Below are positions 10,101 to 16,802 of a stretch of 28,672 bases of DNA, one piece after another. Within the stretch, counting starts at the first letter, position 1. Each line of letters starts with the position of its first letter. A program made the position numbers and the translations under genes. This DNA is from Candidatus Krumholzibacteriota bacterium (GTDB lineage: Bacteria; Krumholzibacteriota; Krumholzibacteriia; LZORAL124-64-63): the NCBI GenBank assembly GCA_039714075.1, contig JBDLKA010000039.1, positions 1 to 28,672 of the forward strand, in the 5' to 3' direction. The notes below the pieces were generated by a model that ran no database searches, was not told where the DNA came from, and saw only the letters and a list, made by a program, of their open reading frames with translations.

Positions 10101-10234
10101 TGGTGATGCCCACCTACTATCGTCTGGCCACGCTTTGGTCCGAACGGATCGCCGCAGGGTTGCGTCTGTGGACCGGCCGTCCGAAGCCTGTTGAAATTCC
10201 TGTCTCACAGTCGATTACGGAGGGAAGGCAATAG
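7124..10234 (+). CDS. RND efflux permease subunit 2 (AcrB/AcrD/AcrF family)
   Basis: 1036 aa; FLPRVEFP, GMLVDNAVVVLE, ASLFES, GIVVNNGIVLVD, RLRPILMTA; 1 bp after the previous stop. Confidence 0.95.
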   Translation: MWLTFLSLRRPVTLAMALATVVLLGAVSIFKVPLDFLPRVEFPFIAVWIPYQGGIPAENEREIVRPIEEVLATLGGVQQIFSYSDANDVQVGVTFEWGRDVNLLRMEVKEKIDQIRGELPGDIPQIFLLTFNTNDIPILEGRISAKGRDLSESWDLIDQKIIGPLQRIPGVGRVNIDGVLPTQASVYLRFDKIMEHNVDVNRLFGELEAANVELTVGRVTDRGLRYDLRTVSGLRGVEDLRELPIDSRGLRLGDVAEVIYGAPALSYGRVLNREPAIAFWIQKASGYNTVEVCRAIEAELERINADPTLQGINSFSFFNQADQITDSLRSLLQGGLFGSILAVAILYVFLRRLSMTLVVSIAIPMSILGTCIFLFLSGRSLNVLTMMGLMLGVGMLVDNAVVVLESIHRQQHAGAKSLSAAVRGTKEVGRAIVASTLTTIIVFAPIVVSKDDEMGVWLGEVGVTISVTLLLSLLVSLTVIPALSVKMTRGGKQDADARWLVWLKRRYLKALDWTALRHPVLTALVIVPAVLAVTVGAMQLTNFKPDTMGDQGMRRESLYISFEYTGPVDKYTSKDMVAVTTSYLEGRREELDLRDIYSYYIADGGGVTLFFNDGIVSDEFFHEVREDLRENLPVQAGLKYSFGGDEGQDSGAKTFALTISGEETEFLQEFAAEAKRRLDLIEGIGDLKSDSDNGKAEIQVRVDADQAGRFGISPATVSQIMGLTYRGVQLPRLQTGDKEIDLVVSLLPEDRESIENLSLLTVGSVDGRPVQLNQIADFQFGKSPERIFRRDQRSGVTVTGTWDGDQLDDALAIVRQIMEGMELPFGYSWNFGSEIIRAQQQQGEMGTNMLLALVCVFFVMASLFESLLYPMVVMGTVPFASLGVFWLMMATGTPFNIMAMIGMVILIGIVVNNGIVLVDHINGNRRAGLPLDQAIVQGCGDRLRPILMTAGTTILGLLPLAVLRGAHVGDAEYYPMARAISGGLASSTLLTLLVMPTYYRLATLWSERIAAGLRLWTGRPKPVEIPVSQSITEGRQ

Positions 10235-10237
10235 AAA

Positions 10238-10266
10238 TTGCCAATTTCGGAGTCCTTGAGTATATT
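10238..10266 (+). promoter_or_regulatory. sigma70-type promoter of the NYN gene
   Basis: TTGCCA (10238-10243), 17-bp spacer, TATATT (10261-10266), in an AT-rich patch. Confidence 0.75.
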
Positions 10267-10271
10267 TTCGC

Positions 10272-10348
10272 GCAAGCAGGGAGGGAGGATTGTTTTTTAC
10301 GGACAATGCTCCCTTCTGCCACTTGCCCAGCCGACCGGCTGACCGGTC
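10272..10348 (+). other. Structured 5' leader (two hairpins) of the NYN gene; candidate cis-regulatory RNA
   Basis: Long imperfect hairpin 10272-10326 plus perfect GACCGG-CUGA-CCGGUC at 10333-10348, beginning at the predicted transcription start. Confidence 0.5.
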
Positions 10349-10380
10349 CATTGCCAAGCGAACGAACAAGGTGGATAGGT

Positions 10381-10995
10381 ATGTACGCGCATAACCCGAA
10401 TGACCGGGTGGCTATTTTCATCGATGGCGAGAACATCCATTACAGTGCGAAACATTTAAACATGAGGCTGGACTACCTCAAGCTATGCCGGAAGCTCACC
10501 GGCGAGCGTCGCTTGCTGCGCTCCTATTTCTATACAGCTGTCAGCAACCAGTCCGAAGGAAAGATCGACTTCATCAACTTCCTGAAGCTGAACGGCTTCA
10601 CGGTCGTCACCAAGGAGATCAAATCCTTCAACGACATGGAAGGAAGCGGCCGCAACGTGCGGGGCATCCTGGACATGGAAATGGCGATCGACGTTCTGGA
10701 ACTGTCCGACCATCTGGACACGGTGATCATCTGCACCGGCGATGGAGACTTCAAGCCCCTGGTGCAGGCCCTTGGCCGGCGGGGGATCCATGTCGAAGTG
10801 TGCGCCCTGCGTGAAATGACCAGCACCGAGCTGATCGCCACCGCGGACGTCTACACGGACCTGGCCAGCATGAAGGACGACATTGCGCTCGCCGGGGCTC
10901 CCGCGCCCCAGCGCGAGATCAAGAACGAGTTGCCGGCGACGGAAAAAGAAGACTTCAACTCCTTCAAGGTGCAGGACACCAGTTTCGATTTCTAG
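10381..10995 (+). CDS. NYN domain protein (LabA/DUF88 family, PIN-like putative ribonuclease), 204 aa
   Basis: RVAIFIDGENI, ILDMEMAID, ICTGDGDFKPLV, GIHVEV and STELIATADVYTDL; catalytic acidic residues retained. Start set to ATG 10381, preceded by AAGGTGGATAGGT. Confidence 0.92.
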   Translation: MYAHNPNDRVAIFIDGENIHYSAKHLNMRLDYLKLCRKLTGERRLLRSYFYTAVSNQSEGKIDFINFLKLNGFTVVTKEIKSFNDMEGSGRNVRGILDMEMAIDVLELSDHLDTVIICTGDGDFKPLVQALGRRGIHVEVCALREMTSTELIATADVYTDLASMKDDIALAGAPAPQREIKNELPATEKEDFNSFKVQDTSFDF

Positions 10996-11029
10996 CGGAC
11001 GCTCCGGCAGGAGCCTCTCGGCGAAACAG

Positions 11030-11062
11030 AAAGCCCGGTCACTGATGTGGCCGGGCTTTTTT
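11030..11062 (+). terminator. Intrinsic terminator after the NYN gene, possibly bidirectional
   Basis: AAAGCCCGGTCAC-TGAT-GTGGCCGGGC-TTTTTT between convergent genes. Confidence 0.88.
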
Positions 11063-11077
11063 GTGTTCCCCGGATGT

Positions 11078-11953
11078 TCAGGTGCTAGATAGGTCAGTCT
11101 GGATTCCCTGGCGGTACCGTTTCTGGATGAGGCGGGTCACCTCGCCCGGCAGGCCGTTGCCCACCCTGGTGCCGTCGAAGCTGGTCACCGGCAGAACTTC
11201 CCGGACGCTGGACGCCACGAAAACCTCGCAGGCGGCCTCGAGGTGACGTCGGTCCAGGGGCTTTTCCCTGACGGTGATTTTTTCGGCCGCGGCGATGGCC
11301 AGGATCCTTTCACGGGTCCTACCGGCCAGGAAGCCCGCGCCGGCCAGGGGGGTCAGCAGTTTGCCGGCCGCCACGAGAAACAGGTTGCTGATCGCCCCTT
11401 CGAGAAGCTGGCCTTCGCTGCCGGTGAGGATCGCCTCGGGGCAGTCCGCGGCGGCGGCGCGGCGGAGGGCCCGCATGGTGGCCAAAGAGTTGAGGGTCTT
11501 CAACTCCGGGGAATTGCCGCGTGCGTAGGATGCATCCAGGGTGATCACCGGAATGCCGTCCTTTTGCCACCGTTCCAACTCGTCGCCGACGGGCGTCAGG
11601 GTGACCAGGACCGTGGGGGTGATGTCGCCCAGGTCTTTCAGCGGGAAGGGATTGTCAGGTCCGCCGCCCCGGCTGATGGTGATGCGCATCCGTCCGTCGG
11701 CGCCTTCCAGATCGTTGTCCGCGGCCAGGCGCAGGGCGATGGCGTGAAATTCGGATTCGGTCAGGGTCAGGGGCAGTTCCAGGGCCGCGGCGTTGCTTTG
11801 CAGGCGCAGGTAGTGGGCCGCCAGGTCGACGGGCCGGCCCCGGTAAAGGCGCAGCGTCGTGTAGATGCCGTCTCCATACAGGAAACCGCCGTCCCAGACC
11901 GGGATCACCGCCGCGTCGGCCGCCATGAAACTGCCGTTTAGATAGACAACCAT
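11078..11953 (-). CDS. PLP-dependent fold-type IV enzyme (branched-chain/D-amino-acid aminotransferase or aminodeoxychorismate lyase family), 291 aa
   Basis: MVVYLNG, DGGFLYGDGIYTTLR, HYLRL, RMRITISRG, catalytic Lys in LKTLN, EGAISNLF, LAGRTR, EVFVASSVREVLPV. Start moved to ATG 11953, which has a GGAAGGA SD. Confidence 0.9.
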   Translation of the reverse strand: MVVYLNGSFMAADAAVIPVWDGGFLYGDGIYTTLRLYRGRPVDLAAHYLRLQSNAAALELPLTLTESEFHAIALRLAADNDLEGADGRMRITISRGGGPDNPFPLKDLGDITPTVLVTLTPVGDELERWQKDGIPVITLDASYARGNSPELKTLNSLATMRALRRAAAADCPEAILTGSEGQLLEGAISNLFLVAAGKLLTPLAGAGFLAGRTRERILAIAAAEKITVREKPLDRRHLEAACEVFVASSVREVLPVTSFDGTRVGNGLPGEVTRLIQKRYRQGIQTDLSST

Positions 11954-12005
11954 TCCAATCCTTCCGCCCGGTGGCCGGTACCCTCGGTTTCCGCTAAAAT
12001 GGACC

Positions 12006-12014
12006 ATAATACCA
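12006..12014 (-). promoter_or_regulatory. Possible extended -10 promoter for the class IV enzyme
   Basis: Minus strand TG-G-TATTAT about 50 bp upstream of the ATG; no good -35. Confidence 0.4.
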
Positions 12015-12096
12015 AGATTTTCAGCATCCCACACCCGGGCGATAGTGGCAACCGGGCAGTCCGCGGGGATTATTTTCATCTGCAGCCATCGCGTCA

Positions 12097-12124
12097 TTGA
12101 CACGGTCAAACTGTTTGTTATTTT
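12097..12124 (+). promoter_or_regulatory. sigma70-type promoter of the nuo operon
   Basis: Consensus TTGACA (12097-12102), 16-bp spacer ending in TGn, TATTTT (12119-12124). A second -10-like TATGAT lies at 12134-12139. Confidence 0.65.
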
Positions 12125-12132
12125 TGCAACAA
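12115..12132. promoter_or_regulatory. Rex-like operator overlapping the nuo -10
   Basis: TTGTTATTTTTGCAACAA, an 18-bp TTGT-N10-ACAA site resembling TTGTGAA-N4-TTCACAA. Confidence 0.45.
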
Positions 12133-12234
12133 GTATGATACCTTCGCCCGCCTCCGGGAACTCTGGTGCGAGGGTAATTTCGGGGTTAACAGCGCCCATT
12201 TTGATCCGGAATTCCTCAGGACCAGGGAGTCTTC

Positions 12235-12606
12235 ATGTTCGAACAGTTCATTCCCATCCTGTTGGTCCTGTCCGTCGCGGCCGGTTTCGCCGCCGTTTTC
12301 CTGGGGCTGAGTTTCTGGCTCGGGCCCAAACGACCATCACTGGTGAAGGATTCGACCTACGAATGCGGCATCCCGGTCCGGGGCACCATCCAGATACGCT
12401 TTTTCGTCCGCTTTTTCCTGGTGGCCCTGTTTTTCCTCCTTTTCGATCTGGAAGCGGTGTTCCTCTACCCCTGGGTCATCCTCTACCAGGGCATGCTCGA
12501 AAACGGGCAGGCCCTGTTCGCGCTCGGTGAAATGGGGGCCTTCGTCCTCGTTCTGCTGGTCGGCTTCGTCTACATCTGGAAGAAAGGCGGGCTCGAATGG
12601 CAGTAG
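12235..12606 (+). CDS. nuoA: NADH-quinone oxidoreductase subunit A
   Basis: KDSTYECG, FLLFDLEAVFLYPW, WKKGGLEW. Confidence 0.96.
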   Translation: MFEQFIPILLVLSVAAGFAAVFLGLSFWLGPKRPSLVKDSTYECGIPVRGTIQIRFFVRFFLVALFFLLFDLEAVFLYPWVILYQGMLENGQALFALGEMGAFVLVLLVGFVYIWKKGGLEWQ

Positions 12607-13103
12607 ACCTCGAAAGCCCCAGTAATTTCATCACCACCCGGTTGCGGCAGGCCGTCAACTGGGGACGGAAGTACAGCCTGTGGCCTCTTCCCTTCGGCGT
12701 CGCGTGCTGCGCCATCGAGTTCATGAGCACGGTGTCGTCGTACAACGATATCAGCCGCTTCGGCGCCGAACTGGTCCGGTTTTCCCCCCGGCAGAGCGAT
12801 CTGCTGATCATCGCCGGCACCATCAGCTATAAACAGGCGCCCATCCTGAAGACGATCTACGAACAGATGGCCGAACCCAAGTGGGTGATCGCCATGGGGG
12901 CCTGCGCCAGCAGCGGCGGCTTCTACAACAATTACAGCACGATGCAGGGCGCGGACCGGATCATCCCCGTCGATGTCTATGTCGCCGGGTGTCCTCCCAC
13001 ACCGGAAAACCTCCTGTTCGCCCTGACCCAGATCCAGGACAAGGTGGAAAAAGAAGGGCTGGTTCCGGCCTCCGAGCGGCACGCGGATCGGGCGGAGGCC
13101 TGA
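12597..13103 (+). CDS. nuoB: NADH-quinone oxidoreductase subunit B
   Basis: FGVACCAIE, SPRQSD, MGACASSGG and GCPP (N2 ligands); overlaps the nuoA end. Confidence 0.96.
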   Translation: MAVDLESPSNFITTRLRQAVNWGRKYSLWPLPFGVACCAIEFMSTVSSYNDISRFGAELVRFSPRQSDLLIIAGTISYKQAPILKTIYEQMAEPKWVIAMGACASSGGFYNNYSTMQGADRIIPVDVYVAGCPPTPENLLFALTQIQDKVEKEGLVPASERHADRAEA

Positions 13104-13182
13104 GTTGCTGCCGGGATCCCGGACAATTCTCTAACGACACGGCGCGCCCGGGGCGGACCCGGCGGTACCGTGGCAGGGACGG

Positions 13183-14910
13183 ATGAGCATGAGCCAGAAG
13201 CTGGTCGCAAGACTGCAGCAGGAATTCAGCGGGGAAGTGCACAGCGCCGCCAATAGCCGCTTCGACGAATCCGTTGTTGTCGGTCCGGACAAGTTGATCG
13301 ACGTTCTGACCCATCTGCGGGACGCCGAAGGCTGCGAGCAGCTATCGGACGTGGTGGGCGTCGACTATCCCGACCGGGACAAGCGGTTCGAAGTGAACTA
13401 CCTGCTTCGTTCCTGGCGGAACGATCACCGCCTCATCGTCAAGGTGAACGCCGCCGAGGACGAGCCTGTGCCTTCGGTGGCCGGCCTGTACCGCAGCGCG
13501 GATTGGCATGAACGCGAGGTCTACGATCTGCTGGGCGTGCCCTTCGCCGGCCATCCCGACCTGCGCCGCATCCTGTGCCACCACGAATTCGAGGGCCACG
13601 CCCTGCGCAAGGACTATCCCATCGAGCAGGGGCAGGAATGCACGCGCCCCGAACACCTTTTCAACGACCAGGACATCACCGCGGCCGCGCGCCGGGCCAG
13701 CACGCTGGTCACCGAGCTGGACGGTCCTCTCGACGAAGTGCATCCCAGCGATCTGCTGACGGTGAACCTGGGGCCGAGCCACCCCGCGATGCACGGGGCC
13801 CTGCGCGCCGAGGTCCTGCTCGACGGCGAGACCATCCTCGAGGCCCGTACGGAAATCGGCTATATCCACCGCTGCTTCGAGAAGGAGTCCGAGGACCACA
13901 CCTGGGCCCAGGTGATGCCCTACACGGACCGGCTGAACTACTGTTCGGCCATGCTCAACAACTCGATCTACGCCTCGGCGGTGGAGAAGCTGATCGGGAT
14001 CGAAGCCACGCCCCGGACCCAGGCGATCCGGGTGATCGTCGGCGAACTGTCCCGGGTCATCGACCATCTGGTGTGCGTCTGCGCCAACCTGGTGGATATC
14101 GGGGCGCTGACGAACTACTGGTACCTCTACAATGTCCGCGAAAGCATCTACCAGTCGCTGGAAAAACTCTGCGGGTCGCGGCTGACCACTAACTACGCGC
14201 GGATCGGCGGCATGAGCCACGATCTTTACGACGGGTTCGATGCCGAAATCCGGCAGAAGCTGGACGAGTTGGACAAGGGTATCGACGACGTGATGAAACT
14301 CGTCGCCCGCAACGGGATCTTCCTGGACCGGACCGTGGACGTGGGGGTGATCAGCCAGGCCGACGCCCTCAGCTTCGGCTACACGGGACCCTGCCTGCGG
14401 GCCACCGGGCTGGAATACGATCTGCGGAAAGCGAATCCGTACTGGGGTTACGAGAACTACGATTTCGCCATCCCGACCGGGACCAACGGTGACACTCACG
14501 ACCGCATCATGGTGCGCATGGCCGAGATGGTGCAAAGCCGCTCGATCATCATGCAGGCTTTGGAGAAATTGCCCGACGGCCCCCTGAACGTGGACGATCA
14601 CTCGGTGGTGCTGCCGCCCAAGGAAGCGGTGTACGGCAGCATCGAGGGCGTCATGAACCAGTTCAAGCTCGTCTCCGAGGGCATTCAGGTGCCGGCGGGC
14701 GAGGCCTACGGTTTCGGCGAGGGCGCCAACGGGGAACTGGGCTTTTTCTGCGTGTCCGACGGCACCGGCCACCCGTATCGGCTGAAGGTGCGGCCGCCAT
14801 GTTTCCCGATCTTTTCCTCCTATGCATTCCTGACCGAGGGCGGGATGATTCCCGACGCCATTGCGACCCTCGGCAGTTTGAACATCATCGCCGGTGAGCT
14901 GGACCGCTGA
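13183..14910 (+). CDS. nuoCD: NADH-quinone oxidoreductase fused subunit C/D
   Basis: NuoC motifs WHEREVYDLLG and GHALRKDYP, then NuoD motifs NLGPSHPAMHG, GYIHR, DRLNY and C-terminal GELDR. Start could be ATG 13189. Confidence 0.95.
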   Translation: MSMSQKLVARLQQEFSGEVHSAANSRFDESVVVGPDKLIDVLTHLRDAEGCEQLSDVVGVDYPDRDKRFEVNYLLRSWRNDHRLIVKVNAAEDEPVPSVAGLYRSADWHEREVYDLLGVPFAGHPDLRRILCHHEFEGHALRKDYPIEQGQECTRPEHLFNDQDITAAARRASTLVTELDGPLDEVHPSDLLTVNLGPSHPAMHGALRAEVLLDGETILEARTEIGYIHRCFEKESEDHTWAQVMPYTDRLNYCSAMLNNSIYASAVEKLIGIEATPRTQAIRVIVGELSRVIDHLVCVCANLVDIGALTNYWYLYNVRESIYQSLEKLCGSRLTTNYARIGGMSHDLYDGFDAEIRQKLDELDKGIDDVMKLVARNGIFLDRTVDVGVISQADALSFGYTGPCLRATGLEYDLRKANPYWGYENYDFAIPTGTNGDTHDRIMVRMAEMVQSRSIIMQALEKLPDGPLNVDDHSVVLPPKEAVYGSIEGVMNQFKLVSEGIQVPAGEAYGFGEGANGELGFFCVSDGTGHPYRLKVRPPCFPIFSSYAFLTEGGMIPDAIATLGSLNIIAGELDR

Positions 14911-14939
14911 CGGTCGCTCTCCAGGAAGGTTGTCCGCTG

Positions 14940-15497
14940 ATGAGCAAACCCGTGGATGAAATGAGCGGATGGGCGCTTTCACCCGCCGGCACGGCCAGGG
15001 TCGAGGCCCTACTCAGGCAGTATCCGACCAAGGCCAGCGCCCTGATGCCCTGTATCTGGGTCATCATGGACGAGCTGGGCCACGTGTCGGAAGCCGGGGT
15101 CGACTTTCTGACCGCCAAACTCGAGCTGACCCGGGCCCGGGTTCACGAGGTCTTGTCGTTTTACACGATGTTTCGCACGGAACAGCAAGCAGAATATACA
15201 CTTCAAGTGTGTCATAACATCAGCTGCCATGTCATGGGCGCCCGGCCCATCATTGCCCATCTCGAAAAGAGACTGGGGATCAGGCTGGGGGAAACGACCC
15301 CCGACGGCAAGTTCGCCCTCGAGGGTGTCGAGTGCCTGGGCGCCTGCGGCCTGGGTCCGTGCCTGCAGTTGGGCAAACACCTGTACGAACATCTGACGCC
15401 GCAAAAAACCGATGATCTGCTGGAAAGTCTGCGGCGGGGCGAGGTGCCCCGTGCGGACACGGACCGTGAACTGCCGTCCGGAGGAGAGACAAGTTGA
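14940..15497 (+). CDS. nuoE: NADH-quinone oxidoreductase subunit E
   Basis: SFYTMF, CHNISC and ECLGAC (2Fe-2S N1a). Confidence 0.95.
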   Translation: MSKPVDEMSGWALSPAGTARVEALLRQYPTKASALMPCIWVIMDELGHVSEAGVDFLTAKLELTRARVHEVLSFYTMFRTEQQAEYTLQVCHNISCHVMGARPIIAHLEKRLGIRLGETTPDGKFALEGVECLGACGLGPCLQLGKHLYEHLTPQKTDDLLESLRRGEVPRADTDRELPSGGETS

Positions 15498-16798
15498 GCC
15501 CCAGCGACTATAAGATTCTTTCGGCGCGTTTCGACCAGCGGGACGGTCACCTGTTGCCGGTGTACGAAGCCGCCGGTGGCTACAAGGCCCTGCGCATGGC
15601 GCTGACCAGCCTCAAGCCCGAAGAGATCCGCGACGTGGTCAAGAATTCCGGTCTGCGCGGACGCGGAGGCGCCGGCTTCCCCACCGGGGTCAAATGGGGT
15701 TTCGTGCCCGAGGGATCCGAGGAAGTCTACTTCTTCGTCAACGCCGACGAAAGCGAGCCGGGCACCTTCAAGGACCGTTATCTGCTGGACTACGATCCGC
15801 ACCAGACCCTGGAAGGCACCATCATCAGCTGCTTCGCGGTGCAGGCCAAACTGGCCTTCATCTACATCCGCGGGGAATTCGGCTGGCTGGTGGACCGGGT
15901 CCAGGCCGCGGTCGACGAAGCCTATGCCGCCGGCTACCTGGGCAAGGACATCCTGGGCAGCGGGTTCGACCTGGACGTCATCGTCCACAAGGGCGCCGGG
16001 GCCTACATCTGCGGCGAGGAAACCGGCCTGATCAACTCGGTGGAAGGGGTCAAGGGCCAGCCCAAGATCAAGCCGCCGTTTCCCGCGGTGGCCGGGTTCC
16101 TGAACAAACCGACCATCGTCAACAACGTCGAGTCGGTGGCGTCGGTCCCCTGGATCATCAACAACGGCGCCGAGGCCTACAAGAAATTCGGGACCGAAAA
16201 ATCCTGCGGCACCAAGCTCTGGTCCGTCAGCGGCCCCGTGAAGAACCCCGGGGTCTACGAGATTCCCCTGGGCATGCCGTTCCGCGAATTCTTCCATGAC
16301 TACCTGGGCGGCATGGCCGAGGGCGAGGAACTGAAGGCCGTCATCGTCGGCGGCAGTTCGGTGCCCGTGCTGCCGGCGGCCGAGATCATGAACTGCAACC
16401 TGGATTACGAGTCGTTGATGAACGCCGGCACCATGCTGGGTTCCGGCGGCATGATCGTGATCCCCGAAAGCAGCGACATGGTCGAATTGATTCAGGTGCT
16501 GATGCACTTCTACTTCGACGAATCCTGCGGCCAGTGCACGCCCTGCCGGGAGGGCACCGGCTGGCTGCACAAGATCGTCAAGAAATTGCGGCGCGGGGAA
16601 GGCACCGCCGCCGATATCGATCTGCTGGAGCACGTGTGCAACGGCATGGCCGGTCTGACCATCTGTCCGCTGTCCGACGCCGCGGTCATGCCCATGCGCA
16701 GTTTCATCGACAAATTCCGCCCCGAATTCGAGGCCCTCATCCAGGAGACCGCGCCGGCCGAGCCAACCAGCCGCTGGCCGCGGGGCGAGCAGGAGTGA
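15494..16798 (+). CDS. nuoF: NADH-quinone oxidoreductase subunit F
   Basis: GLRGRGGAGFPTG, NADESEPGTFKDR, GAGAYICGEET, ESCGQCTPCREG...ICPL. TTG start overlapping the nuoE stop, with GGAGG SD. Confidence 0.97.
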   Translation: MSPSDYKILSARFDQRDGHLLPVYEAAGGYKALRMALTSLKPEEIRDVVKNSGLRGRGGAGFPTGVKWGFVPEGSEEVYFFVNADESEPGTFKDRYLLDYDPHQTLEGTIISCFAVQAKLAFIYIRGEFGWLVDRVQAAVDEAYAAGYLGKDILGSGFDLDVIVHKGAGAYICGEETGLINSVEGVKGQPKIKPPFPAVAGFLNKPTIVNNVESVASVPWIINNGAEAYKKFGTEKSCGTKLWSVSGPVKNPGVYEIPLGMPFREFFHDYLGGMAEGEELKAVIVGGSSVPVLPAAEIMNCNLDYESLMNAGTMLGSGGMIVIPESSDMVELIQVLMHFYFDESCGQCTPCREGTGWLHKIVKKLRRGEGTAADIDLLEHVCNGMAGLTICPLSDAAVMPMRSFIDKFRPEFEALIQETAPAEPTSRWPRGEQE

Positions 16799-16802
16799 CC
16801 GC

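Noticed and set aside
10306..10380. Upstream ATG 10306 extending the NYN protein by 25 aa
   Set aside because: It lies inside the leader hairpin, its SD-like GGAGG is paired and too distant, and the domain starts right after ATG 10381.
11954..12199. 82-aa N-terminal extension of the class IV enzyme
   Set aside because: It crosses the divergent promoter region; the family-typical start MVVYLNG has its own SD.
13183..14910. NuoC/D fusion as a novelty
   Set aside because: The fusion is well known, for example in E. coli.
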